Below are positions 32,072-42,009 of a stretch of DNA of 56,573 bases, piece by piece; positions within the stretch are counted from its first letter, which is position 1; each line of letters begins with the position of its first letter. The position numbers were made by a program, and so were the translations under genes. This DNA comes from an uncultured Acidobacteriota bacterium. Lineage in GTDB: Bacteria; Acidobacteriota; UBA6911. Under the pieces are notes generated by a model. That model made no database searches. It worked only from the letters and a program-made list of their open reading frames with translations, and had not been told where the DNA came from. The stretch is taken from positions 1 through 56,573 of the forward strand of contig CAWHCF010000018.1 in NCBI GenBank assembly GCA_963827655.1, in the 5' to 3' direction.

Positions 32072-35000
32072 TCAGCGCATGTTCTGCTGGGAGTGCGGAA
32101 TAAACAGGTTGCCGGTGCCCAGGCCGCGCCAGAGGATGAGCTGATCGCCGGGACCATAGTGGTCCTGGTGGAAGCCGTCGCGATAGACCACCTTGCGGTC
32201 GAGGCTGATGACTTCGGCGGCGGGATCGCTGTCGAACTGGCCGACGAGCAGTTCTTTCAAGGGCGGGTATGCGGTGGAAGACAGGCCGAGGATGCCCTCG
32301 CCGTCGCGCAACCACGCAAGCGGGTAGCGGCCGTCGGGGCTGTAGCGCCAGTCCTGGCCGTCGCTGAAGGCGATGTCGCTGATGCCGTTGCCGTTGAAGT
32401 CGGCCACCACGGCATCGGCGAACGAGCCCACGAGCTTGTCGTTGAGCCTGTCCGGGGCCGCGGTGCCGCCACTCAAATATGACCAGACGCCGTTGGCCAC
32501 GAGGACGATGTCCGTCCCACGCACGTCGTCGAACTCGCCGAAGAGCAGCTCGGAAATAGGCGCCGTCGAGACGACGCGTGAGGTCCAGGCGCGTGTGAGG
32601 CCGTTCCAGAAATTCCAGCGGCCGTTGAGCGTGTAGAAGAGATCCGTCCGGTCGTCGCCGTCGAAGTCGACGAAGCGGAGGTCCTTCATGGGTACTGATA
32701 CCGTGGTGACACTTACCGGAGCGCCTGTGCCGCTCTTCCAGTAGTACATCATGCCGTCAGGGTTCCGGCCGAGGACGTCGGTGCCGCCGTCGTTGTCGAT
32801 GTCGGCGAAGCCCAGCTCGCGGGTGCGGAAGGCCGACACCTGGAGGAATTCCCAGGGCCGGATGCCTCCCCGTGAGAAGAACCAGGCGGTGCCCGTGGCG
32901 ACGAAGACGTCGGTGCGATCGTCGCCGTCGAAGTCGCCGGTGGCGAGTTCGACGTGTAGTCGGCATCGAAGGCGTTGCCGAGTGGCATGGAAGTTGAACT
33001 TGTCGTGAGGTCTCGCTCCAGCCGGTGTCGCCTTTGTTCCATTTCAGGCCGACGGCCGCGTCGAGGTTGTCGTGGACCGCGACGTTGCGGTCGAAGTAGA
33101 GCCCCGATCGTTGGCTTGCCGCGCAGCAGGAACGCGGGCCGGGTCTTGAAGCCGGCGTAGTAGGTCTGTTCGCCGCGGATCGTGTTGAAGGCGATCTCGA
33201 AGTACTCGCCCGCCGCGCCCCCGTAGCCGTCGCTGTCACCATCACCGTTGGTGTCGTTGGTGCCGTGCACATCGAAGTGCTGGTTCCAGAACGAGTCCTG
33301 CATGAAGCCGCCTTGCAGTATGTAGTTGAAGCGGGCGATATAGCCGCTGCAAGCGAAGCCGCTCGCCGCCACGGCGTGGCGGTTGAAGTCGAACACGTTC
33401 CCCTCGATGGTGACGTAAGCCCCGCCTCCCACGACCACACCGTAGCCGCCGCCCTCCCGCGCATTGTGGTGGAAGTAGTTGCGCTCGACGCGCACGAGAC
33501 CCGCGTCCTCGCGCTGGATACGCGGCCAACCGGGACTATACTCCTCGGGCAGCCGCACGTTGTTGCGGCCGTACACGTTCACGCCGCTACCGGGCCACCA
33601 GTTGAACTCGTTGTCAGAAATGACTACACGGCGGCCGCGCCCCAGCCCCGGGTCCTCGACCATGGAGATAGCATGGACGTAGGGCTGGCTGTTGCTGCGG
33701 TTCTGAAGAGGGTCGGCCGGCCCCCGAAAATGCATGCCCTCGACGCGCACGTCGTTGCCTGTGAGCTCGAAGAGCCCGTATCCCCGGGCGGACTCGCTGT
33801 TGCCGACGATCAGGTATAGCGGGTATCCCGAAACCCTGTCAAAGCCCTTGGTGGTCGTGTAGAGGAGCGGCCGGCTGCCCAACGCACCGCGCTCACCGAT
33901 GAGATGGACTCCCGACCGCAGGGGGATTGCCTCGTGGCCGTCCAGTCTCCACGCCACGTCGCGCGGGATGATCAGCGCGGCCGGTGAAGTGCGACCACAA
34001 GACGTCCACGAGATCCTGCGCTGAGGCGACACGGCGCTCATCGACTCGCTCCCCGACGAGGCGGTTGTTGAAGGACAGGAGGCCATCACTGGCCCCTGCG
34101 GTGAACCGGCGGCCACGAGCACGTCGTCGTCGTCCTGCCAGTCGTTCAGGGCCGTCGCGCCGCCCCACGCCTCCAGGTAGCGCACTATCGCCGGCTTGCC
34201 GGCGCCGAAGTCGGCGACCAGCACGCGGCCCTCGGAGCCGCTGCGGTTCATGAACAGCACCTGATCCCGGCCCAGGCCCGTGAAGTCCCCCGCGAACGCC
34301 CGATCGTTCCGGTCGTGCCAGCCGTCCAGGAGCGGCGACTCCGCCGTGATCTCCTCGTAGCGGGTCACGGGTGCCCACTTCCGACGACGCGAAAGTCATC
34401 GATGCGCACGCGGCCGTCGCCACGCTGCATGTTGAGGAACAACACCTGATCGTAGCCCAGTCCCATGAAGTCCCCGACATAGCGTCGATCTGCCTGGTCT
34501 TTCCAGGTATCGAAATAGGACCGCACATAAAGGAGCGTTTGACTGCCCGGGCTGAAGTCGAGGATCCAGATCCCACCCTGGCCTGGGCTGCCCTCGTTGA
34601 TGAGCATGAGCTGGTCGTGGCCCAGGCCACGGAAGTCGCCCGCGAGGGCGACATCGCCGTTTTCCAGAGGCGCGTTGGTGGCGATATAGTTCCACGACCC
34701 CGTCTCCCGATAACGCACCACCGGCGTGGAGCCATGGTAATCGACGATCATGACATCGCTCACGCTGGGGTTGGCTGTACCCTTGGGCACCTCACGATTG
34801 ATCAGCAGGACCTGGTCGTAGCCCAGGTTCATGAAGTCCCAGCAAGGGCAAAATCGTCGGCGTCGTCCCAGCCGTTGAGAAACGAGTACACCCCAAAGTT
34901 TTCCTCGTAGCGGAGTACGGGCACCTGGGCGCTGAGCGGGCCCCCGGTGGGGGGCGTGGTGGCTCGGGCTGGCCCGGGAACCGGCCGCTGGGGGAGAAAT

Positions 35001-35325
35001 CGCCGATGACGGTCCGGCGCGAGCCGCCCCAGTAGTTCATGAACAGCACCTGGTCGTGGCCGAGGTCACGGAAATCGCCGACAAGTTGCTTGTCGTTGGG
35101 ACCGGTTAGCTCGGCCAGCGCAGCCGGTCCGTGGTTGAGCCAGAAGCGGATCTGGGGGATGGTGCCGCCGTTAGGGAAGCCGAAGATGGCGGCCCGGCCC
35201 GGGTACTGAATGGCGCCCGGGATAGTAGGGTTCTGCGCGTGGACCGGGGTTGGGCCACCCGCGGCCAGCAGTTCGAATACGGCAAACGCCGCCAGGGCGC
35301 CGGAAGTTGCTCTCATCGCGTGCAT
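32072..35325 (-). CDS. large secreted protein with FG-GAP/VCBS-like repeats and a right-handed beta-helix (multiple frameshifts)
   Basis: signal peptide ...PVHAQ; repeated GDFxxLGxDQVLFxN; VERNYFHHN, IEGNVFDFNRHA beta-helix; C-terminal DFDGDDRTD/DFNGNGISD; collinear ORF fragments. Confidence 0.72.
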
Positions 35326-35377
35326 GGTTACCTCTCTCCTCTCGCCGACTGGCGGCAGACCTTTGATGGGTTGTGCG

Positions 35378-35466
35378 GTCTAACGCCGAAACCGAGTGGC
35401 GGGCTGACACTCGGACGGAGAAAAAAGCCTGTCATGTGGCCTGGCAGCTCCAGTGCAGTGTTATTG
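35378..35466 (-). mobile_element. integron attC-like recombination site
   Basis: minus strand CAATAAC-ACTGC-ACT[G]GAG[C]TG...CACTCGGT-TTCGGC-GTTAGAC: R' is a perfect GTTRRRY, R'' contains the ORF stop TAA, L boxes pair with extrahelical bases, 89 bp. Confidence 0.65.
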
Positions 35467-35775
35467 GCGATCCACAATCAGCACTACATCTACGAAACCC
35501 TCGTACGGGTCGTTGAAAACCCCGGACTTATCACGAAGCGCGAAATTGACCCTTACGCTAACCCCCAGGCCGTTGGATGTTAACGTTGCAGAAGCATCGA
35601 CTTCTTCTCGAAACAGATTATGGTCAGCACTAGTGAATCCAATCCTGAAACCATTTATCGCGGCAGCTGCACTCCGAACGACTGTAGGGAAACCGACAGT
35701 TTGTACCTGGCTTTGGGGGCCGCCGCTCTGCGAAGGGAACATAAATCGTGGAAGACTTCGTAACTCGATAGCCAT
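35461..35775 (-). CDS. small beta-rich hypothetical protein, tandem copy 1
   Basis: AAGGAG RBS; 104 aa; paralog immediately upstream. Confidence 0.8.
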   Translation of the reverse strand: MAIELRSLPRFMFPSQSGGPQSQVQTVGFPTVVRSAAAAINGFRIGFTSADHNLFREEVDASATLTSNGLGVSVRVNFALRDKSGVFNDPYEGFVDVVLIVDRQ

Positions 35776-35837
35776 TTTGCTCTCCTTTAGATAGTTGGGA
35801 TAGATACTGAGTTGCCCTTTCGTGCTTCGTCAGATCA

Positions 35838-36159
35838 CTAATCGCGATCCACAATCAGCACTACATCTAGGAAACACTCGTACGGGTCGTCGAAAACCCC
35901 GGACTTATCACGAAGCGCGAAATTGACCCGTACCGATAACCTCGGGGCCCTGCTCGCCGCTGGTTGGCAGCGCAGAAGCATCGACTTCTTTTTGAAACAA
36001 TTCATGGTCACTGCTAGTGAATCCAATCCTGAAACCGTTTATCGCGGCCACTGCACTCCGAACGGCTGTAGGGAATCCCACAGTTAGTGCTCGGCTTTGG
36101 GGGCCGCCGCTGTGCGAAGGAAACGTAAATCGTGGAAGACTTCGTAACTCGATAGCCAT
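35838..36159 (-). CDS. small beta-rich hypothetical protein, tandem copy 2 (+1 frameshift ~35938)
   Basis: GAGGAG RBS; MAIELRSLPRF start and NFALRDKSGVF.DPYE.F.DVVLIVDR end match copy 1. Confidence 0.78.
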
Positions 36160-36180
36160 TTTGCTCTCCTCATTTTCTTG

Positions 36181-36312
36181 CCCATGATCTCTTTCCTGTC
36201 TTTCTAAGCTGCTATCCTTCTACCATTCACTAATGCGGCAACGGCGCGTGAGAGCTGTCATGAAAGAGTGTGACTGCTGGTGGGAGAGGGTGTTTTTGTG
36301 CGTTTCTTCCAA
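36181..36312 (-). promoter_or_regulatory. upstream segment duplicated at 40021-40150; contains a putative ECF-type promoter TGACAG-N17-CGCATT
   Basis: alignable ~130-bp direct repeat; related TGACAGCTCT...CGCTTA on + strand at ~40220-40250. Confidence 0.5.
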
Positions 36313-36501
36313 CTTCGATAGAAACAATCCAAGTGCCGCCCGTCAGGACAGAGTCAAACTTCGCCTCTTATCTTGTCCAGTCTCGCGCCGATGTACCCGG
36401 ATGAGATTCGCAAGGGCGGAGAAATCACCCGTGCGGGCGGTGAAGATAAATGCGCAAGAGTCTTTCGGAAAACAATCCGCGTCCTGCCGCCTGCTTGAAC
36501 A

Positions 36502-36608
36502 ACCTAACCTACAAATACTCTGGAAAGGGAAACCGCCCGTGTTCGCCCACACCCTCCTGTCAGGTGCCGATTGGTGCGCACCTTCAGAGATGATTTCCCT
36601 GGTTTGGC
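36502..36608 (-). mobile_element. second attC-like site
   Basis: minus strand GCCAAAC...AAT[C]A[T]CTCTG...CAGAGTATT-TGTAG-GTTAGGT (perfect GTTRRRY; stem with two unpaired bases), 107 bp. Confidence 0.45.
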
Positions 36609-36822
36609 GCGCTGTCAGCTTGTGACAGAATTTCCACTGCCGGAGCGCTTGGTCAGCTCCGCTTTGCGGACAACAAGCGGGTGGCATCTCGCGGCAGCGT
36701 CCGCCGGTCACGGAGAGGTTAGTCTCGAAGGTGAACATGATACGGTTGCTGACTATTTCCGCGCGCCAGGCTTCGTTCTTTTTGTATTTTCTCCCGACAG
36801 TGCCCCATACGGGGTGCCTGAC

Positions 36823-39800
36823 TCAGAACATAATGCCAAGGGCAAAGCGGAATGAGCGCGGACCTTGGAAACTCGAGGCCCTGTTATAGCGCGGGTCGGT
36901 CACTAATCTCTGGCTGATGACGCTGTTTCCAGTCTCCGTCGAGCCGAGAAGGTCGCCCAGGTCTTGATAGCGAACCGCCTGCCCCGCCGCCAGATAGTTA
37001 GGAAATATATTCGCTACATTGGCCTCATCGAACAGGTTGAATGCATTGACCGTGAATCGCAATCTCACACGTTCGTTGATATTGAAGTAGTGATTGATGA
37101 TCAGATCGGTGTTGGTGAAAACCGGGGTGCCACCGAGATTACTCGCCCTTCAGAGTAGATGGAAGCGCTGCCCAGCGCGGTATTCTCGGCGAGCACGGTC
37201 GAGATCGGGATACCCTGGAAAAGAGTCTGCGCTGCTCCGAATTGAGTTTCCATATTCTTTCCAAACACGTTGTACTTGAAGCTGTAGCCGCCGAAAACCC
37301 TGAATGTATTGGGTTGATCGGTAGGCAGACGGCTAGGATTGCTGTTATATGCATCATAGACGAGTTCGGTAGGTTGAAATACTGGTTGCTGTTCGGGCTG
37401 GTGCGATATCTTCGTTGAGCTGGCTAGATCGGAATAGTTGCTGAAAAGTTTGCTGAGGACATACGAGACATTACTGTACTAGTTCCGGGAGAAGCGTTTG
37501 TCAGGCGCAGTTCAGATCTGTGTATTCGCGCACGGCTCTCGGTGTCGACGGGTTAAAGAACTCCACTGAAGCGCGCTCGAACTCGGGTTGCTGATGGTGT
37601 AGATTTCGTTTCTCTTCTTATCTAGATTTTCGATGTTTTCTATGGTGCGGTAATCTGCTTGCGGGTGAACTGGGCACTAGGGATTAGATTGTTATCGAAT
37701 GCATACTCCGCTGCGGGATTGTATACTTCCGCATCTTGAATGGTTTTAGTTCGGATCGATAAGGGACGCGCGTTGGGCAGGGCTATGTTAGACGGGAATC
37801 GGATAGTGTTAATGGGGCTGCGAATGATGTTCTCTACACACCGGTTGGTTCGTAAGCGAAATGCTCGGAAATCTGGTTGTTCGAGTTTGCGGTACGTTAC
37901 AAGGTTTATCTCACCTCCAAACAATACCAGGGCAGCTCGTATTTCATCGTGTTGTAAAAGATACTGAAGCTGCTGGACAACATCAGCTTCCATTGCTGAT
38001 ACGTTCAGGCGACTCTGAGGCGTGGAGCGATCTTATCACTCCATCAGAAGTTAATGGGTTTGGCTAGTATCGTTGCGCTGCAGGGATATCTGGGTGGCTT
38101 TGGGCATTGACTGGAAAAGATGGCAAGAACTCTTTTTCGAAACGAAGACTAAATTGAGCGTTAACTGCTGGCGAATCTGCTAGGCATCTGAAAATAGAAG
38201 CTCTGATTGCTGCTGCTGACATCGCTGGATCGGTAAAATTCAGTTACGATGTAAGAGCTGTAGCTGCTGCGCTCATCAAAGAATGCGCGGTAAAGAAGAA
38301 GCTGAACTGGCTGCTGGAATTACTGGAAAGGACTCGGTTACTAATAAGATTGCTTTGATACTCGCTTTGAAGATATGTCGCTCAACGAATTCGGCGTTAA
38401 AGCTCACGTCGAAGTTCAGATTCGTGCGTTGTGTAATATCGTATTGGGTTAGGAAATTGGTTCGGATCGTTGGGAGTTCGTGGTGGTGGTCAGCTCACAG
38501 CTGAACTTATTCGCAGGGCAGGGGGCGCTTATGCTCACGAGCGGAGTATCAACTGGGATGTTGTAAGAGCTTTTGTTATTGAGATAAGTATGACCGCTTC
38601 GAAAGCTGAGAATGATATTCGATCGTGCGTAAAAAGTCGCTCCGAGTGCTGTTTGCACGCTGGTGTGTAGCTTTTTGAAACGGATAACGATCATAATAAA
38701 AAGCATCGGTGCTTGACGTTTGGAAGCTCAGCGTGGCACTAGACGTTCTGACTGGGCTGGATATGAAGGTCGTAAACGGATAACTTGCTGTTCGGAGCGA
38801 AGTTCAGTCGCTCGATGTGGTAACTGGCTCTTGTTTGGATGTCAAAGAACGCGAGTGGACTACTAGGGCTTGATCTCGGTTAATGGTTTTGATTAAGTTC
38901 GTTGTACTGGTGAACTGGCTGTATTGAGGGGCAGTACTGGCAAAGAGCTAAAGGCGTTTCTTAATGATCGGGTTGCTGAAGGAAAACACAGGATTAAAGA
39001 AGGTTCGTGTCGGATTTGCTTCTTGGGTTTCTGAAATACTCGATCGTTTGCTGGGTGGGATCAACGGGTTGAGACGCAGGATCGGACGATCTTTGCTGCG
39101 GAAAGTATCTGAGGTGTATTCAAGCTGTGCTTCGCTATGAAAATCATTTGCTCCGCTTTTGGTACGACATTCACGACCCTCAGTAGAACTGCATATTCCG
39201 CTTCATAGCTGGCGCTTTTCACTGAACTCTCTGTGACAAGGGAATATTCATCGTAGATCTGAGAGTGCTATTCACGATTCGGGTGACTTCGACGCTGTTG
39301 ACTATGAAAGAGTTTTCGAGCTGGTGACCATCGATCTGGAAGCACGGCTTTAGATTCTCCGCGGGTTCGGAGCGAGTCTGAGAACGCTCGAAAAATTCGA
39401 TGTTTTGGGCTGAACTCGATTCTTTCTGCGTGATGTTGGTTGCTGTTTGGACGAGGTGCTGTCGACGATCGGTCTTTGCGGTTGTAATAGTGACGGTTGG
39501 ATAGGTCTTAGTTCAAGAGTAGGTTCACTGGAGAACCGAGAGTTCGACGTGACGCTCTCGATTTCGGCTTCTTTGAACCGCGGCAGTTGCAGCATCTTGT
39601 AAAGCGCTGGCTGAGGTTGGCGAACTGTACGTACTGTGTTGTCGTGATTACATATGACGCGCTGCTTGCTGGTGCGGTTACGTTGCCTGGGAATGACTCC
39701 GCGCTCTGATCTCTGACACCCTTGAATCTCGCAGTGACTCTGCGCAATAAGGTCGATCTGAAATGAGCAAAGGCTCAGGTGAAAAGGAACTTTCACTATA
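36823..39800 (-). pseudogene. heavily degraded Oar-type TonB-dependent receptor (G>A and G-deletion errors on the coding strand)
   Basis: GAAAGGAG RBS near 39815; remnants TKSGANDFH, FSF(GG)PIIKKRL(W>*)LF, A(W>*)QIRQQLTLNL, and C-terminus NAFNLFDE...QGPRSFRFALGIMF. Confidence 0.8.
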
Positions 39801-40131
39801 TGGAAACCCGTACTCCTTTCAAAAGATCGCTTCGAATAACAGTTGCTATTCTGTACTCATCCGGAGCTGAACGAGTCAGGACGCTAGAACTGGCGGGTAC
39901 TGCTGGAGGTGAAAAGCGTTGATCTTCGGCTCGTCGGTTCTCGCGGCTTCTTGCGCGTTCTGATCTACTCTGTTGTTATGCTGGTGAAGGAACTGCTGCG
40001 ATTTCCCACGTTATACTCTGCTTATGATCTCTTTTCTGTTTTTCTAGCTGATATTCTACTGTTATTCACTAGTGCGGCAACGGCACGTGAGAGCTGTATG
40101 GAAAGTGTAACTGGCGGGTGGGAGAAGCTTT

Positions 40132-40214
40132 CTTTGCGTTTCTTCAGTTTTTAAGTTTTTGTGGTGAATTAAGATTCGCTTTATTCACCACAAAGACGCG
40201 AAGAAACACCAAAG
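40132..40214. repeat. REP-like doublet (C>T-eroded reverse arm 40132-40168, intact forward arm 40184-40214)
   Basis: tttgtggtgaat...attcaccacaaa inverted pair followed by gacgcgaagaaacaccaaag. Confidence 0.8.
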
Positions 40215-40322
40215 TAATGTGACAGCTCTTGCCGTGTTGATGACGCTTACTTTATGACGCTTACCTTAAATATAGATGCGTGCGCTAAAGGGGCGCTGTT
40301 GGCATATAATGAGGCCCAAAAC

Positions 40323-41070
40323 ATGACACCTGAAAGGTGGAGACGAGTAGAGAAGCTCTACACGCTGCGCTGGAACTTCAGCGGAGGCAAGGGCGAATTT
40401 CCTCTCCGCGCTGCGCGGGACACGGCGTTGAGAGAGGAACTGGAATCGCTACTGGTGTTCAATGACAGAAGCGGACGTTCATCGAGTCGCTGCGGTGGAG
40501 GTGCGGCGCAGTTGCTGTCGGGAGCGAGAAGGACTTAGCTGCTGCCCTTCGGCCATACGCTCGTACAGTTCCTCGGCGGCGGGATGGGTGAAGTCTACTC
40601 GCGCGCGACGAGCACTGGACCGCGACGTCGCGCTCAAGCTGCTCCCTTTCCACGTTAACGTTTTGCTGGACAATTGATCCGGTTCAAGAAGGAGGCGCGC
40701 GCGGCTCGGCCTCAACACCGAACATTGTCACGATCTACGAGATTGGCGAGTTCGAGGGGGAACACTTCATAGCGGCGGAGTTCGTCGACGGCTTCACGCT
40801 CCGCAGCGGCTAGCGGAAGGGGCATGGGACTTCTGGAGGCGGTTGGGGCGCTGTTCAGATTTCGAGCGCTCTTGGGGCGGCGCTCAGGCGGGAATCGTTC
40901 ACCGCGACATCAAACCCGAGAACATCATGCTGCGGCGGGACGGCTACGTCAAAGTGCTCGATTTCGGGCTCGCAAGCTCGCAATCACGGCTCCGGCGCTT
41001 CGGCGATCAGACTCAAGCACCGCTACATGCGGGCATGGTCGTGGGGACGGTTCGGTCATCGTGCCGGAGC
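40323..41070 (+). pseudogene. Hanks-type Ser/Thr protein kinase, fragmented, C-lobe missing
   Basis: [57 protein letters not shown] in shifting frames. Confidence 0.75.
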
Positions 41071-42009
41071 GCGCCAGGACAGCATCGTGCTCGTCAAAGG
41101 CGCGCGGCAGATGGGCAAGACTTCGCTGCTGGCGCGCGGACTTCAACAGGCCCGGCAAGCGGGACGCGCGGGTGGTTCTCACCGACCTCCAGAAACTCGG
41201 CCGCCGACTCACTGGAATCGGCTGAGAGCGTTTTTCCGCGCGCTGGCCGGGATCCTCGCGGAGCAGCTGGATCTCGACGTGTGTCCGGACGAGGTGTGGG
41301 ATGAACGTCGCGAGTCCGACCATCAACTTCGAGCGCTTCCTGCGCCGCGAGGTGCTGGCCGAGATCGCCATCGGCCGTTTGTCTGGGGCCTCGACGAAGT
41401 GGACCGGCTCTTCACCTGCACTTCGGCAGCGAGGTCTTCGGCCTGTTCCGCTCCTGGCACAACGAGCGCGCGCTCGACCCGGCTGGCCCCTGGTAGCGCC
41501 TGACCCTGGCCATCGCCTACGCCACCGAGGCGCACCTCTTCATCACCGACCTGAACCAGTCCCCGTTCAACGTCGGCACGCGGCTCACCCTGGAGGATTT
41601 CACCTTCGAGCAGGTCGCGGACCTGAACCGCCGCTACGGCTCGCCGCTCCGCAGACGCGGCGGAGTCGCAGCGCTTTCTACCGGCTGGTCGGCGGCCACC
41701 CTACCTGGTGCGACCGCGGCCTGCACGAGATGGTTGCGCGCGGGCTCGATCTCGACGCGCTGGAGGCCCGCGCCGACCGGGACGAGGGATCTTCGGCGAT
41801 CCACCTGCGGCGCATGCTCGTGCTTGCTGGCGAAGGATCACGGCGATGCGCGAAGCGGTGCGCGGCGTCCTGGAGGGCCGGCCGCTGCCCCAACGCCGGA
41901 GTCGTTCTACCGCCTGCGCAGCGCGGGCGTATGGCAGGCGACCGACCCCTGAAGGCCCGGCCCCGCTGCGGGATCTACGCCTCTTATCTCAAGCGCCATC
42001 TTGCTATGA
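41070..42009 (+). CDS. AAA_35-like (STAND-type) P-loop NTPase domain, fragmented
   Basis: [19 protein letters not shown] Walker [11 protein letters not shown] Walker [18 protein letters not shown] motifs. Confidence 0.72.

Noticed and set aside
35461-36159. Tandem paralogs as a DGR template/variable repeat pair
   Set aside because: The differences are not restricted to adenines, both copies have an RBS and are coding, and no reverse transcriptase is present.
37640-40154. Short ORFs on either strand in the AT-shifted region as a foreign island
   Set aside because: They are fragments or shadows of one degraded TBDR, and the low GC comes from C>T conversion rather than foreign origin.
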